This document shows positions 54,201 to 64,000 of a stretch of DNA of 64,000 nt, in pieces. Source of the DNA: a virus; IMG/VR virus record IMGVR_UViG_3300032294_003343, positions 1 through 64,000 of that record; one strand, given 5' to 3'. A program made the position numbers and the translations under genes. Within the stretch, counting starts at the first letter, position 1, and the number at the start of each line of letters is the position of its first letter. The notes under the pieces were generated by a model, which worked only from the letters and a program-made list of their open reading frames with translations, had not been told where the DNA came from and did not search any database.

Positions 54201-56471
54201 AAGATTATATATATTTGTTATTGCCACACCAGAAGAATTGTAGAAGGTAGAAATTTCATTCCAATCCCAGTTTTGATATGCTGTATTGTCAGGAATAATA
54301 GCATAGTAAGCTTTACCTGATGTCAAACCATATTGATAAGTTTGATATGTTCCGTCAGCTAATTTGTCAGATGAAATCTTAAAACCAACTAATGTTTTTG
54401 CAATTCCACTAGCATCTCTCGGTAATTTTAGATCTTCCCAAACATTGCTTGTATTGTTGTAATAAACTTTGCCTAATGAAGTGAAAGCATAAACATTTTT
54501 AAAATAATTCTCATTTGTTGGATAAATTATGTTATCTTGAAGCGATAAAATCTTTCCATAATCATTTTGCCAGTTCGTTGTTTGCGCTGTATTGCTGCCC
54601 AAATTGAAGCTGAACAATCCTCTTGAAGACGCAGCATAAATCAAGTTCAAGCTAGTGATAATATTTGCACTCTTATAAAAAGCGCTAATATTATCGTTGT
54701 ATTGGATGTAAGAATTTGTGTTTTGAGGGTGTAAATATGACTTACCAATTCCAGTGGTTAAAAATTTATCTGGGGTAAAAGTCAAAGGCTGCTTATATCT
54801 ATTCTCGCTGTAATGATTGATCTTTAAATTATTTATCGAAATCTTGCCTGTAGATATGCTATTAGCAGATAAATTCTTGATGTAATCATTTGTAAGTTCG
54901 TTCTTAATTTCAGTTTTACGTGCTTTGATTACAACAGACAAATCCAAGAAAGTATATTGAGCATAATCTGGAATTGTATTTTTGAGTAAAATACAACCAG
55001 AATAAGGATTGATTGTATAGTGCACTGGATCTATCAATGTTTGTGCTAAATAAACTTCAGCAGTGTCATATTGAAAATCTGTCCAAGCGAATAGGGTGTA
55101 AAGATCAGTGGTTAAACCAGTAGCGTCAGTGAATTGGTAAATTGTTCCATCACTTAACTTTATGTATGTATTGAATGTTAAAGCTGTGGATAATATTTGT
55201 TGACTTGCATTTACTGCAATCAAAGTCTTGTCAACAGCATATGGTAAATACACTTCAAGCTTGGATGTTGTCTTGATACTTTGGTTTAAATAAATCTTAT
55301 ATGGGCTGCCTGATTCACTTATTGTGTAATCTAAACTGGAAAGAGAAATGCCATCAAGTTTTACAATTGGTGTGCCGTAAGAAGAAAGAGTGTCGTTAAA
55401 TAATGTACCATCAGCATTCTTCAATATAAAAATAGAATTATTCTCATAGCTAGAACTTCCATCATTAGAAGAAGCTGTCAATACCAAGTAATTTCCAAGA
55501 TCTATTTTTTCCGCAGTATTTATTTCACCAAGATGTTTGTGTTTCAAATAAGATAATTGAAGCTGTCTCTGAAATTCTCCAGCAGTTTCATTTATTTGGT
55601 TTCTTCTTTCTTCGTAAATAATTTCTGAAACAGTATTAAAATCATTGTAAGTTGAGTCTGCTTTGTAAGTTACTGTGGCTAGATATACAGCATTGGAATA
55701 GGTGTTGTATTTTGAATCTGGAATTGATGGAAAAGAAATATTGCAAATTTCATCAGATAAGGTTGATATTCCAGATTCAGCCCAGGCATAAAAAGTATTT
55801 GCTATTGTTTGTCTAAAGTAGCGAGGTTTTTCAGTTTTGGCAGCATATTTATCAATAATTCCATCACCAATGCTAACTTTGATACATTGTTTGAAAGCAT
55901 CTTGGAAATAAAGATTTGATGAGCCTAAAGTAAAGTTTGTTGATGAAACTGCACCAAGCCAAAGTGTTTTTTCGTTGGTTGATCCAGAACTTACATAAAC
56001 AACAAAATTATCAGAATAATCAGATGTTGCATCAAGACTTGAGTGTCTGGTCCAAGTTGAACCAGACACAGTATATACGCCATTTTGTGATGCTGTAGAT
56101 TGATCTTTGACTAATACAAGATTGCCAGCAACAACAGAAATTCCATCAATAGTTTGTGCGCCAGAAAGAGTGATATTTGTTGTGGTAGCTGCTAAACAAG
56201 ATACAGTGAAATCAAGATCCAGAGATGATAATTTTTGCCCATATTCACTTGTGGCGCTTGTATTATATCCATCTAGGAGTAATATTTGATCAGCTCTACT
56301 ATCTGCTAATTTAGATACATCCCAGCCATTTATAACTCCAGGACCGAAAAAAGAGTATATGCCTGAAAAATTAGTTTCAGCTGTAAGCATATTTTCATAG
56401 TCAAAACCTGGATACCAAATATCGCCAAATTGTGAATATAAAAACTTGTAAATTGATGTACGATTAGCCAT
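48255..56471 (-). CDS. Giant multidomain tail/adhesin protein, 2738 aa (fibre modules, beta-propellers, vWA, Ig-like)
   Basis: Two 'ATT.nI.L.G.QTIDG..V.AGN.VLVK.Q...NG.Y' modules; Asp-box-like 'SFDEGNTF' and 'TLDDGDCW'; vWA MIDAS 'FDNSAS...IVSDA'; Ig-like C-terminal repeats. Confidence 0.8.
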   Translation of the reverse strand: MANRTSIYKFLYSQFGDIWYPGFDYENMLTAETNFSGIYSFFGPGVINGWDVSKLADSRADQILLLDGYNTSATSEYGQKLSSLDLDFTVSCLAATTTNITLSGAQTIDGISVVAGNLVLVKDQSTASQNGVYTVSGSTWTRHSSLDATSDYSDNFVVYVSSGSTNEKTLWLGAVSSTNFTLGSSNLYFQDAFKQCIKVSIGDGIIDKYAAKTEKPRYFRQTIANTFYAWAESGISTLSDEICNISFPSIPDSKYNTYSNAVYLATVTYKADSTYNDFNTVSEIIYEERRNQINETAGEFQRQLQLSYLKHKHLGEINTAEKIDLGNYLVLTASSNDGSSSYENNSIFILKNADGTLFNDTLSSYGTPIVKLDGISLSSLDYTISESGSPYKIYLNQSIKTTSKLEVYLPYAVDKTLIAVNASQQILSTALTFNTYIKLSDGTIYQFTDATGLTTDLYTLFAWTDFQYDTAEVYLAQTLIDPVHYTINPYSGCILLKNTIPDYAQYTFLDLSVVIKARKTEIKNELTNDYIKNLSANSISTGKISINNLKINHYSENRYKQPLTFTPDKFLTTGIGKSYLHPQNTNSYIQYNDNISAFYKSANIITSLNLIYAASSRGLFSFNLGSNTAQTTNWQNDYGKILSLQDNIIYPTNENYFKNVYAFTSLGKVYYNNTSNVWEDLKLPRDASGIAKTLVGFKISSDKLADGTYQTYQYGLTSGKAYYAIIPDNTAYQNWDWNEISTFYNSSGVAITNIYNLSGIEEVSTQETTFVAGETDDITIQRALYVGAIGTSTKGLYYGDFSQLSQIFNEPVKGIYWIKDGAFKNNIIWWNDYQAFITHTAKYYEDATGKYWSLPFSQSTTSFSNALCATTEDIDLTGTQTIDGVAVSAGNIVLVKNQTNKAENGIYIAASGSWTRSTELDVNAEFINWKTVYVSSGTVNGDSTWYLVVEDAFDFGTSDVVWEVQRLKIYQNSTPSGAGASSVINCVAQRNSTTFPTDYFIGHSNGIARVQESSLGTSVAYSELFWEPVFQGSANALYSFDDGSNFGKLYAGTTNGIFVSTELLWQDVNVSSTVSLNYRWKRPNDTFSENETEFAVFDKDYNQITNFTLNYPYQMVAMGSSYVPGDQVYYEKSFNTFTTDPWNDTQTDSTRLFTYINNEPSTIPFYSSPSEGKITFTQSVLKSDIDNVKISVVNDFPTLSDAGTKPHSSTYVPLYKTKTPIALLAKANSNTDTKIFVNQRISDYSLIELKAGNKYEIAVVKSVDNTVYPIEITLSVARLTSTTTYDVGAEVYGIKNEIVSGLEDDLYLAISNQTYNLASENNSNIQELARKIKSLNSTIFDFTAPLISQTDTRGLKNTLLIDNFSSNAKFDSLNSSFKNRTQLVPTVNDFESDPIQVKGIVGLTKDGTGTRIITEKGVWKYTGYWELESTLDGAFDAGYIALDPNLNVIAGASNGLWKYDGSWTKQTSSARQNAYLTGFWNGTLFEAFATSDGLSVKLGTTNFLSDFLKLTTNNVNGIFKGTYVKNSLGNVQEFESLHAAGDDGYYVMGNDTQYASFSSFLVPRKMFVAGNPIGVNKYYKSFQAYSVPSSINKTTYANPLFILTNDGILKVRNWKYSYPDDVNSSDFIVDSRFLRGLHCFSYAIDTEAAVGNTPGKSKIYIGTNDGVYRSFDEGNTFERSDYIGALPTCVYDLQVFSSTFNSITQNVLVACTNNGIWYTLDDGDCWYRTGENTSEGYSPVLFASKPSNDIRFIASDSGSVGYLAQTFTTSSTASTISKVSAFLSIREQDGLLNSSYNDSLANTTLTAYVYSVDTNVKPQTQLAASSPITSSSVNVGGFTSFNLTSTLDIPGTGSTTLALVIKETASSVPLFKWKKASTINPFSGLGYSSSNAISWSGISTSYDFFFQAHYDNAYAPTETIVPIGNYDNTEVNWNSGAGKGVSAENDGYLYLEPKFVISTVFDNSASMQMSSGYVNGFNNLLTNILSRTNHPSNGQLSFVDLWTFGTSIKHETGNGFTTSGTAITSIIGSLKIDGQNSNLYDCLEYALIGQQPAAIPTSSIDTKQEMDILSSSYIPLTFIVSDADNNTTVSLKSIEDNTNYSWNNRGTKLVAFGVDDKTNTGSLRQLVQNTDGLYFDASSSYWSGISTALLHGGSNTLFAGSWTKSVEFNTSKFIKSITTAYTVSTGQSVDSSCIVKYKYSTDKKNYSDWITLTSTSTLNKEITNLSFQIDMTEGWNNATSLPVTPYVSQLYYTEVTPAVNYLFTTALTSTDDIFEYILSTDYSDTDKAKLTWGICKGNSTNWNDYEELIKNKNGIISSRQRSYKFTNALFYDKLTSIKSVNNNFTYFVYYDNARFTWLLTDTVEVYLNSVLVATNLYTIDNVNGTITFRQEVPSGNVVQVSISRTGSRYEAYGEGTVSTDYKNYYVVNGRWPEDSKAVVLVNNEIVRGGYKLDRYDGRIIFDTNKSATDIITVFILQNSTYRLGLKVETYSSTASTTYNFEFTHNTVPNSNVYSHYLNTNIPSLKAGSLVLNSDVSYSSVGSTKQLASASRMYVDYNYISDNQQYKPRTRWYRIRTSGGGTTTIELDSTPNYRDRLVQRKADLSAANGYFNVNDQVYVTLEPNDNFDYGITYTSQPIIVKNLSAPYVYDVQIKSINTIVDNKISANSVLQAYYNFNGSSDLSTIEWFEWTNGVSNKIAEGSLLNSAVVLRNMAISFIVKPYDGTTYGTPIESQVLYIV

Positions 56472-56477
56472 TACTAC

Positions 56478-59400
56478 CTACGGAGTTGGATTAAATTTAA
56501 TGCTAGCATCTCCTATATCAAGTTGTACGGCAAAATCATACACCATAGATGGAGTTGATCCTACGCTTGTAAGGAAAATTCCGAATCTGATTTTGCTTGA
56601 TGCTTCTGGTAATTCAAAGGTTTGGTTTGGATCAATTACTGTAAAGTTAGCAAAATTGAATGTTTCATTAGTGTCATCAGATGTTGTATATCCGTACACG
56701 ATGCTACCATTGTTTTTTAATTCGTTAGAAGTAAGCAAACCTCTTTTGATCATTGGAGCATCAGTGTCATAATTAGTAGTATCAAACATTCTAGTAAAGA
56801 AATAACTGCCTGATGAAGATGTGTATGAAAGAGTTAATGATAGCAATTCTGGAGTAATATTAGGTGTTGCTGTGATAAGTTCAACCTTATATTGCAACCA
56901 TTTTCCAGAATATGCTGAAAGATCTACAGCCAAAGATTGTGCCGTTGTTGGAGCTAAATTATCATTGATGCTTGATAATGATTGAGCATCACCATAAGAA
57001 GCTGCTATACACTCTGCTCTTGTATTTCCAGTCTTTACATAAATCTTTACTTGAGTTCCATTATCCAAAGTTGTATCTGGAGTTGATGGGTATTTGTTAA
57101 GAATTAAGGCAACAATCTGTGTCCATGTAATAAGTGTTGGTACATATATTGGCTGAACTTCATAAATGCCATACTCTCTGATTTTACGGTCAGGAGCGTA
57201 AACTGGGTAAGCTCTTGAAGGGGGAACATAAATCCCCTTCCTAGATAACGAGTTGTCAGCATTCTTTTGAATTTGATAGATAACGCCTGAATTATTAGTT
57301 GTAGATAAATTCTGGTTATTAGTATTAGTATTCGTTGTTGTTGTCGATCCAGTCCCAGCATTTACTTGCCCTTGTGTCGGATTATTAGTTTGGTTGTTTT
57401 GTGTATTTCCAGTTACAGGGTTGATTGTTGTATTGGTATTAGAAACAACAGTAGTATTTGTGTACTGAATGAATGAACTTGTGTTATTAGCAGTGTTAGC
57501 TACTTGTATCATTTTGTCGCTGATGACAGGGAATCCACTTGCATTTGCTGGCAAAGATACACCTTGAATGTTTCCAGCTTGATCCTTGAATCTTGCATAA
57601 ATAAATCTGTTATTATTTTCATAAGGAGTAGTAGTGAATTCATAAACACTACCATCCATACCAGCTCCATAGAATGTGTTTCCAATTGATGTAACTGATT
57701 TAATTTTGCTTGAACCGTAAAATTGTGAAGCTGGAACTGCCTCAAAAGTTTCTCCAGTGTTCTTTTGCCACAAGAATTTAAAAGTGGTTCCAGAGCCAAC
57801 ATTATTAGTTGTTTGAAGCTTGATTTTTAAGATATCGCCCTCAAGAACATTAAAAGCGTTTGTGGAATAAAGAGTTGACAGCGTTGTTGATTGATTATAA
57901 TTTCCTATTTGTAAAGTATCATTGATAAATAAATTATATCCAACACTACTATCGATTCTAAATGATAAAGCGCCATCTTTTGAAGCTAAAACTGCGCCTT
58001 CAAAAGTTATAGAACTATTTGTAAATCCAGAAGGTGGAACAAATGAACTACCAATTGCACCAGTGTAATTTATTGCTGATGTTTGTCCTCTGTAAGCAAT
58101 AAAATTATAGCTTTCAATGTCTCCAAGATCTGTCCAAGTGATACCAGAACCAGTGTAAGATCTCCAAGTTGAGTTTAATAAATTGGTGTCATATGAATAG
58201 GAAACAATTTTCTTGAAGCCATTTATTGACTTAAAGTATCCATAAGTTCCATTGTCAGCGCTAATATAAATATAATTAGCATTTGGATCATCGTAAATAC
58301 TGAAAATATGATCAGCATATGTGTCATAAAGTTTAGCCCAAGAATTAGCTGTTGCATTTGTAAAAGATAACTCCCAGATTTGCCCACCTCTAAATCCAGC
58401 CATAACAGAATTTCTGGTAGATGATTTAGCTAGACACTCAACATTGTCAAAGTTTGATGATAATGTTTGAACCCATTCAGCATTATAATATTTATAAACT
58501 GCTGAAGCTCTACTGCCATAATCTCCTCCAACACCAACATAAAGAGTAAATTCTTTGGCAGTTAGGGCAGAAACTTGATCGTACGAGGTGAAAGTCTTTA
58601 GTTCTGTAATTGCTTTTCCATTGTATTGATAAACTGAACAGGAACTAGTAGCACCCTTTGTAGACCCCATAAAAAGATTATTGCCCAAAGAAGTCATCGA
58701 AATAATAGGCTTCAATAACTTATAATTTGTGGTAGAAAGTGGGTCTTTTGCGTTTAATATGCTCCAAAATTCACCATTGAAAGAAGTGAAGACTAGACCA
58801 TAATTACTACCTGCATAAGCTCTTCCGTTAAATACGTGAATGCAAGTAATCTGATATTTTTCACCTACAAGAGATTCATTTAATATTTCATAAACTTCAC
58901 CACTTTTGTAGACAAACATTTTATGATTTGCTGCGATTAATATCTTGTCATTAAACGAAGCGATAGCAGTAATTTCAGAAGCAGCATTACCAGTCTTTTT
59001 TGACCATAAATAAGCAGCATTGGTAAGATCAATATTAGTAAATGTTGTCTCACCAGTAGAAAAATCTATAAAACCTTTTGAGTCAGCGTTTGGAAAAGAA
59101 GTAGAATCTCTGAAATCTGCAAATCTTGAAATTTGTGCTGAAACGACATCAGAATATTGATCATAAGCAGCAAGAGTGATATCACCTCTTTGATCAATTG
59201 TGAAATAATCACCGTGGTAGGCAATTCTAGCTGCATAAAGAGATAGTGGAGTGGTGAAAGTGAAATTTAAATAATCAGTTGTCTCTGGATCTGCAATATT
59301 CTCAACAATATCTTCCCAATCTGATGCTTTAGTTTTCTTGACTTGCAATTTATATGTTTTAGTGTTTTTTGCAGTAGCTCCGACTATCAAATTTGTAACT

Positions 59401-60326
59401 GTAGGATAAATATTGTTAGCTGAATTTGTAGCATCTTCATATACAGGATTGAATTTTTTGTATACATAATTAGCTTGATCATTTCCAATAACTTCAAATT
59501 TAGAAAGATCTGAACTACCACCATAAACTGATACTTCTTTTAATGGCACTTCAAAGATATCAAGCAAATAATCTTTAGAAGATAGTTCTGCTGATGAAGT
59601 GTTGAATGCTGTAATTTTATAGTAAGGTGATGTATTTGCTATCCTAATCCAAGTCAAATTGTCAGAATCGTAATATGCAAATTCAGAGTCATTATTTGTA
59701 AAGTTTGCAATATCAATAGTGGCAGATCCAACAGTAGGCATTGGAAGATTGTCCAAAGTTATATGAATCCAATATGTAGTATCTACTGCTAAAGTCAAGC
59801 CCGTATTTGAAAAAGAATAAGACTCAAATGAAGTAGTTAAATCATTGAATTGAATACTTGCGAATGAACCTAAAAGAGTAGATGGAACATCATTGGTAGC
59901 ATCATGAGTGTATATTGCAACATTGATTCTATCTCCAAGATTCACAATACTACCAGTCTTTTTAAACTTAAGAATAATGGTTGAAATGTTTTGATCTTTA
60001 TCAGAAACAATCTTAAAAGCATTAATAGTTTGAGAGAATGAGTAAGAAGTTGTTGTGTCAGTATATTCTGTAGAAATTGAAGAATAACCAGTGCCAGAAA
60101 AATAATGAACTTTTATACCAGGATCAACATCATCTGCTTTTCTGTTTAATATCAAAATGCCTTTAGGTGGGACAGTATCATAAATAACACTGGCATTAGG
60201 ATAGAATTCAGACTTAACAAAAATATCTGTTGTCTCATCCTCAATTTCGTATCCTATTGAAGTGTTGTTATTTAGTGCTTCATTCCAATATTTAGGATCG
60301 AAAAACCCGTAGTTATCATACGCCAT
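56478..60326 (-). CDS. Multidomain tail protein with beta-propeller and PA14 domain, 1282 aa
   Basis: Propeller blades ('[15 protein letters not shown]', '[15 protein letters not shown]'); PA14 pattern 'INY...[27 protein letters not shown]...FLWQ...EAVPASQF'; Asn/Thr-rich linker. Confidence 0.75.
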   Translation of the reverse strand: MAYDNYGFFDPKYWNEALNNNTSIGYEIEDETTDIFVKSEFYPNASVIYDTVPPKGILILNRKADDVDPGIKVHYFSGTGYSSISTEYTDTTTSYSFSQTINAFKIVSDKDQNISTIILKFKKTGSIVNLGDRINVAIYTHDATNDVPSTLLGSFASIQFNDLTTSFESYSFSNTGLTLAVDTTYWIHITLDNLPMPTVGSATIDIANFTNNDSEFAYYDSDNLTWIRIANTSPYYKITAFNTSSAELSSKDYLLDIFEVPLKEVSVYGGSSDLSKFEVIGNDQANYVYKKFNPVYEDATNSANNIYPTVTNLIVGATAKNTKTYKLQVKKTKASDWEDIVENIADPETTDYLNFTFTTPLSLYAARIAYHGDYFTIDQRGDITLAAYDQYSDVVSAQISRFADFRDSTSFPNADSKGFIDFSTGETTFTNIDLTNAAYLWSKKTGNAASEITAIASFNDKILIAANHKMFVYKSGEVYEILNESLVGEKYQITCIHVFNGRAYAGSNYGLVFTSFNGEFWSILNAKDPLSTTNYKLLKPIISMTSLGNNLFMGSTKGATSSCSVYQYNGKAITELKTFTSYDQVSALTAKEFTLYVGVGGDYGSRASAVYKYYNAEWVQTLSSNFDNVECLAKSSTRNSVMAGFRGGQIWELSFTNATANSWAKLYDTYADHIFSIYDDPNANYIYISADNGTYGYFKSINGFKKIVSYSYDTNLLNSTWRSYTGSGITWTDLGDIESYNFIAYRGQTSAINYTGAIGSSFVPPSGFTNSSITFEGAVLASKDGALSFRIDSSVGYNLFINDTLQIGNYNQSTTLSTLYSTNAFNVLEGDILKIKLQTTNNVGSGTTFKFLWQKNTGETFEAVPASQFYGSSKIKSVTSIGNTFYGAGMDGSVYEFTTTPYENNNRFIYARFKDQAGNIQGVSLPANASGFPVISDKMIQVANTANNTSSFIQYTNTTVVSNTNTTINPVTGNTQNNQTNNPTQGQVNAGTGSTTTTNTNTNNQNLSTTNNSGVIYQIQKNADNSLSRKGIYVPPSRAYPVYAPDRKIREYGIYEVQPIYVPTLITWTQIVALILNKYPSTPDTTLDNGTQVKIYVKTGNTRAECIAASYGDAQSLSSINDNLAPTTAQSLAVDLSAYSGKWLQYKVELITATPNITPELLSLTLSYTSSSGSYFFTRMFDTTNYDTDAPMIKRGLLTSNELKNNGSIVYGYTTSDDTNETFNFANFTVIDPNQTFELPEASSKIRFGIFLTSVGSTPSMVYDFAVQLDIGDASIKFNPTP

Positions 60327-61833
60327 AATTTGATATCAAAAGCGGTTCAAAATTTGCAACAAAGTTATTAGAACTATCTTTCAATGCTGCAGCTCCGCCA
60401 TCCCCACTATAACCAACTCTCACTATGCTGTTAAAATTTATTTTATTGTAAAGAGATAACTTTACATCTGTTGAGAAAGTAATTCCCAATCCTGTTGCTG
60501 ATTTGATAGGAGTAAATTGTCCATCAATTGACACATTGAATGTTTGAATGCCTGTAGCTGGCAACATTGGTCTAGAATTATTTTCTGTAAATTTCAAATA
60601 AATATCTTGCCCGTTTTTATCAATATAACTGTTTGCTGTGTCTAATATTGGGGCAGTTGTATCAGTCAATCTATTTGTAGCTCTTATAGGAGATAATAAA
60701 CTTGCAACCTTATTAGCATTTGAAGTTCTATCAGTTATAAAATTAGAAACTGGCTGGGTGTAATTTACTGTAATGATATCTTCAGGTCCAAAGTAAGAAG
60801 ACATTGTTAAAAGATAAACTGTAGTTGCTACACCACTAAATACCAAGGCAGATGCACCTATACTTGAAATTGTTTTAGCAACATTTGTATATGAGACTCC
60901 AAAACCTGATGGAGACGCTGGAGTTGTGGTAGTGGACATTCTTACATAAACAATATTTCCAGAAACACCAGTACCAGTGTAAGCTTGTGTAATTCTTGGT
61001 AAAAAAGTTGTGCTTGTAAGATTTGTTACAGCGTTTCCCGCAAAAGAAACCGCATAAGTTAACCCAGTTCCAGTACTGTCTTTAATTTTATAAAAATCTG
61101 ATACTGGCTGTGTGTAAGTTATTGTAACTGGATTAGTCCCGTCATTTACACCTAATCTTGAATTTAGATCAAGAACAATAACTTTACCGTTTGTAGCGCT
61201 AGTTGGATCTAAAACATAGGCATTTGAAATCGCAATACCTGAATTATTCTGACTTACTGCAAACCCACTGATATTAGTAGATGGAAGAAGGGGTGGAGTA
61301 GCCTCTGTGTAATAAACGTAAACTTTTGTTCCGTCGGTACTTGTGGTTGAATAATTGTAAACAGGAGGATTAGCTTCTTTAGTAAGATTTGTAATCCCTA
61401 CGCCTGTAAATGATGCTACAAATGATTTTTGTGTATCGTTGTCAGATAATTTTGTAACTGTACTGCCAAATCCAGTTGCGTTATAAGAAACGAAAACTGT
61501 TTGAGCAGTTAAGGCTACCCCACTACCATTATACGAAAAATCTACAATTCTATCAGAGTCTGCTAAAATTAATTGTAAAGTCTTGGGTGAGCTAGCATCG
61601 ACGAAGGTAGATGCAGGAGTAACAGTGGTTGCAATTGCTCCAAATCTTTTGGTAACAGAAAATCTTAACTGCAATCCAGTGGCAGGTTCAAGACCAGTGC
61701 TATCTATGTCTTCAAAGTTTAAATAAATTCTCTTTCCATCAAATGAGGTGTATGATAGATTCGTTAAACTTGTAGAGATTCCAGGACTAGCACCACTGAA
61801 AGCTATGAATGTATTTCTTAAATCTTCGCTCAT
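60316..61833 (-). CDS. Protein of ~4 SwmB-like Ig repeats
   Basis: Repeated 'P......s.dG..vyl.f.E.......F.V......v.l.L.......v.v.Y........l.D...N.va.F.....N' units. Confidence 0.65.
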   Translation of the reverse strand: MSEDLRNTFIAFSGASPGISTSLTNLSYTSFDGKRIYLNFEDIDSTGLEPATGLQLRFSVTKRFGAIATTVTPASTFVDASSPKTLQLILADSDRIVDFSYNGSGVALTAQTVFVSYNATGFGSTVTKLSDNDTQKSFVASFTGVGITNLTKEANPPVYNYSTTSTDGTKVYVYYTEATPPLLPSTNISGFAVSQNNSGIAISNAYVLDPTSATNGKVIVLDLNSRLGVNDGTNPVTITYTQPVSDFYKIKDSTGTGLTYAVSFAGNAVTNLTSTTFLPRITQAYTGTGVSGNIVYVRMSTTTTPASPSGFGVSYTNVAKTISSIGASALVFSGVATTVYLLTMSSYFGPEDIITVNYTQPVSNFITDRTSNANKVASLLSPIRATNRLTDTTAPILDTANSYIDKNGQDIYLKFTENNSRPMLPATGIQTFNVSIDGQFTPIKSATGLGITFSTDVKLSLYNKINFNSIVRVGYSGDGGAAALKDSSNNFVANFEPLLISNYGV

Positions 61834-64000
61834 TATGGTTTGATGTTTCCGTAGTGTCCGCTCAAGAACAATTTGCCCTTATAACTTATTGCTGTCAATG
61901 GTCTTATAACACCGTACAAAGTGTAATTACCAGCATTATCAAATACTTTTTTTCTTTCAAAAGTAATATCTTCCAAGAACCAACTTTCTGCATTTGAGTT
62001 GTAATAGAAAATCTTACTTTGTCTATCACTTGGATTTTCAGAAATTTTGTCGCTTATAAATCCATCAGTAGCACAATATAATGTTCCATCGTGATAAGTG
62101 AATAACCTGACTCCACCTGTAGAAGGAAGTACTACAGATTGATTAAAATCAATTACCTTAGCGTTTGTAGGTTCATATGTTTCGCCAATTATAAAAGACA
62201 CATCTGAATATCCGACCAAGGAATCACCAGCATCATTGTTCAGCTTTCCAAATTGGATAAATGGGTGATCGTAGTCGTAAGAATTGGCAGTGGCATCTAA
62301 ATATTTTGGACTATATGTATCTAAAGATATAAAATTTTTCTTTTCAATAAATGGATTCTTTTGTTGACCAAGGTAAATCTTAATATCTCTGTCTTCTACA
62401 ATCCATCTAATTTTTGAGAGCTTGTTATTTATATCGAAAACATCTTCATTTGATTGAATTTGTATTAGGTCAATTACAATCTCGTTAGGTCTATCATTAT
62501 TTTCTGGCAAGTCTGCGAATTCTATTTGAAGTTTTCCAATAGTGCCTTTCCAAATAGGAGAGATTTTATATTGTATGTATTCATCAGATGTGTGCATTGC
62601 TGTTTCTGCACTAATGTTGAAAATACCACCTTCGTATGCCCAATAAGCTTTAATCTTGCCTAAACACAATGTTTTTGATTTAGGTTTTGCTTTGATCCTA
62701 ATTGAAATTACAGATTTTAAATCTACTTCTAAACTTAAGTTATCAATCACAATACAAGGATTACCAGTTAATGCAGGGGTGATTTTCAAGACATATTTAT
62801 CATATGGATCATTGAAAATATCATAGTTGGTTTCTGTTGTTGCTGTTAAATCTGAAACAAATTTTCCAATGACCCAAGATTGCTCGTCAGAAGATACAAC
62901 CCCAGCGCTAGAAACAGAATAGAATTGCCAATCTGCTACCAATCCTGTAGTGGTAATAGTTTTTTCTACGGTATTCATTCCACTAGACAATTTCATAGTT
63001 GTGGAATTAAATTCTATTGAATATTGTCCGTAAAGATCAGCAACTTGAAAACCTTGATATCCGGTGAGAGAATTTGTTGGAATTTGCTCTGAGCTATTTA
63101 AAGTTGTTTCATTTCGTAAATCAGTTGATGTTGCAGCTTGGCTAGTATTAAGGTTGATAACCTTAGCTTCAAAAGTATAGCTTGGTTTATAAACAACAAA
63201 ATTACCAGTGGATAAATAATCAGAATAATTTAATAAATATCTGTTGCCAGTATTTATATAGCCAGTTTCTATATAAAATCCTAAAACTGTACTGCCTGAA
63301 ACAATATATTGTGTAATGTTTACCAATGAAGGTGTGTTGTTTACACCATTATATACATAAATACCATTGTATATTCCATTAGTTCCAGATACTGTTTGGT
63401 CTTTTAGTAAAAATAAATCATTTATTATAAGATCGTGTCCATCTAAAGAAGTGAAGTTGTTCCAGCTTGAAACAGATTTCCAAGACGCACACTTCACATC
63501 AATATAGTTTTGACTTGGTAAATTTTCACGTAAAAGTTGTTCCCAATCGGATCCTTCGGAAATTTCATATAATCTAGAACCATAAGCAGTGGCACCAGTT
63601 GAAGAAACTGTATTTCCTTTGATTACTAAAAATTCATTATATTGTTGATGATTATTTTCTTTAGGAAATCTTGCAATTGCCACATTGTCATCATTTCTTG
63701 ACAAAGTATTGCTATCATAAGAATAAAATTGTGCTGGAGCAGGATCATTCATGAAAATTTCATCAAAAATCATTTTAGTCCAGCTTTCATCAGTTTCTGG
63801 ATTTGATAATGGAATTTCCGAATAAGACCAAACTTCTGGCTTTTTATCAATGCCAGCAAGAACTTGATTCTTTCCTACTGCTAAACATCTAACACCAAAA
63901 TCTGAAGCTTCATAGTCAGTAATATTATTCGAAATAATTGTTGATGTCTCTAAAGATTCAGTTTCAGTTTCTTTGACTATTACTTCTTCTGTAATTAAGT
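61833..64000 (-). CDS. Large virion structural protein (5' end outside the window)
   Basis: Frame of the 61833-63773 ORF stays open to 63998 ([15 protein letters not shown]...WTKM); one 'LDGHDL...LLKDQ...NGIY' module and propeller-like blades. Confidence 0.8.
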   Translation of the reverse strand, partial: LITEEVIVKETETESLETSTIISNNITDYEASDFGVRCLAVGKNQVLAGIDKKPEVWSYSEIPLSNPETDESWTKMIFDEIFMNDPAPAQFYSYDSNTLSRNDDNVAIARFPKENNHQQYNEFLVIKGNTVSSTGATAYGSRLYEISEGSDWEQLLRENLPSQNYIDVKCASWKSVSSWNNFTSLDGHDLIINDLFLLKDQTVSGTNGIYNGIYVYNGVNNTPSLVNITQYIVSGSTVLGFYIETGYINTGNRYLLNYSDYLSTGNFVVYKPSYTFEAKVINLNTSQAATSTDLRNETTLNSSEQIPTNSLTGYQGFQVADLYGQYSIEFNSTTMKLSSGMNTVEKTITTTGLVADWQFYSVSSAGVVSSDEQSWVIGKFVSDLTATTETNYDIFNDPYDKYVLKITPALTGNPCIVIDNLSLEVDLKSVISIRIKAKPKSKTLCLGKIKAYWAYEGGIFNISAETAMHTSDEYIQYKISPIWKGTIGKLQIEFADLPENNDRPNEIVIDLIQIQSNEDVFDINNKLSKIRWIVEDRDIKIYLGQQKNPFIEKKNFISLDTYSPKYLDATANSYDYDHPFIQFGKLNNDAGDSLVGYSDVSFIIGETYEPTNAKVIDFNQSVVLPSTGGVRLFTYHDGTLYCATDGFISDKISENPSDRQSKIFYYNSNAESWFLEDITFERKKVFDNAGNYTLYGVIRPLTAISYKGKLFLSGHYGNIKP

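Larger units (their letters stand above)
1..64000. mobile_element. Fragment of a large tailed bacteriophage (jumbo-phage-like) genome
   Basis: About 35 kb of fibre/tail/adhesin genes interleaved with isolated, divergent host-like genes (gyrAB, clpX without clpP, dnaK without grpE, phoH) and many orphans; no ribosomal or metabolic operons. No capsid, terminase or portal in the window. Confidence 0.88.

Noticed and set aside
1-64000. Genome-wide stop-codon reassignment
   Set aside because: ORFs up to 2738 aa contain no internal TAG/TGA, and TAG ends genes at natural C-termini (IFKL at 36051, RYGI at 9116).
1-64000. Bacterial chromosome interpretation (gyrAB, dnaK, dnaJ, clpX)
   Set aside because: Usual neighbours (dnaA/dnaN/recF, grpE/hrcA, clpP/tig) are missing, the genes are divergent, and they sit among virion genes.

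Overview
AT-rich, densely coding 64-kb fragment best read as part of a very large tailed-phage (jumbo/huge phage) genome in the standard genetic code; no rRNA, tRNA, CRISPR or transposase seen. It holds (i) large virion/adhesion genes: a cluster of modular Gly/Ser/Thr-rich fibre genes at 1-12.4 kb, a 1941-aa protein with ~11 copies of a 'RVLVKnQ...NGIY' module, two tail-tube-like paralogues, LamG lectins, and a 48-64 kb operon of giant proteins with beta-propeller, vWA, PA14 and SwmB-like domains; (ii) host-like but divergent enzymes: GyrB/GyrA, ClpX, DnaK, DnaJ, a second J protein, PIN-PhoH, an SF2 helicase, MerC, DUF151-like and macrodomain-like proteins, a lytic transglycosylase and three adjacent serine proteases (S8, S26, S1). 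Most notable: a shared peptide code (hydrophobic-x-K/R-x-A/S-Q plus an 'L-x-K-I-A-Q-x-L-D-x-x-G-x-Y-x-x-A-D' helix) on about seven unrelated proteins, suggesting a capsid-targeting/processing system; a remodelled phage proteostasis kit (ClpX with replaced substrate loops, DnaK lacking the GrpE-contact loop); two promoter classes (a recurrent WAGG-N19/20-GAA(A)T motif and leaderless sigma70-type starts); ~70-aa and ~100-aa insertions in GyrB and the helicase; and an unannotated 23-aa peptide gene with its own expression signals. All family calls come from motif recognition by eye; no database searches were run.
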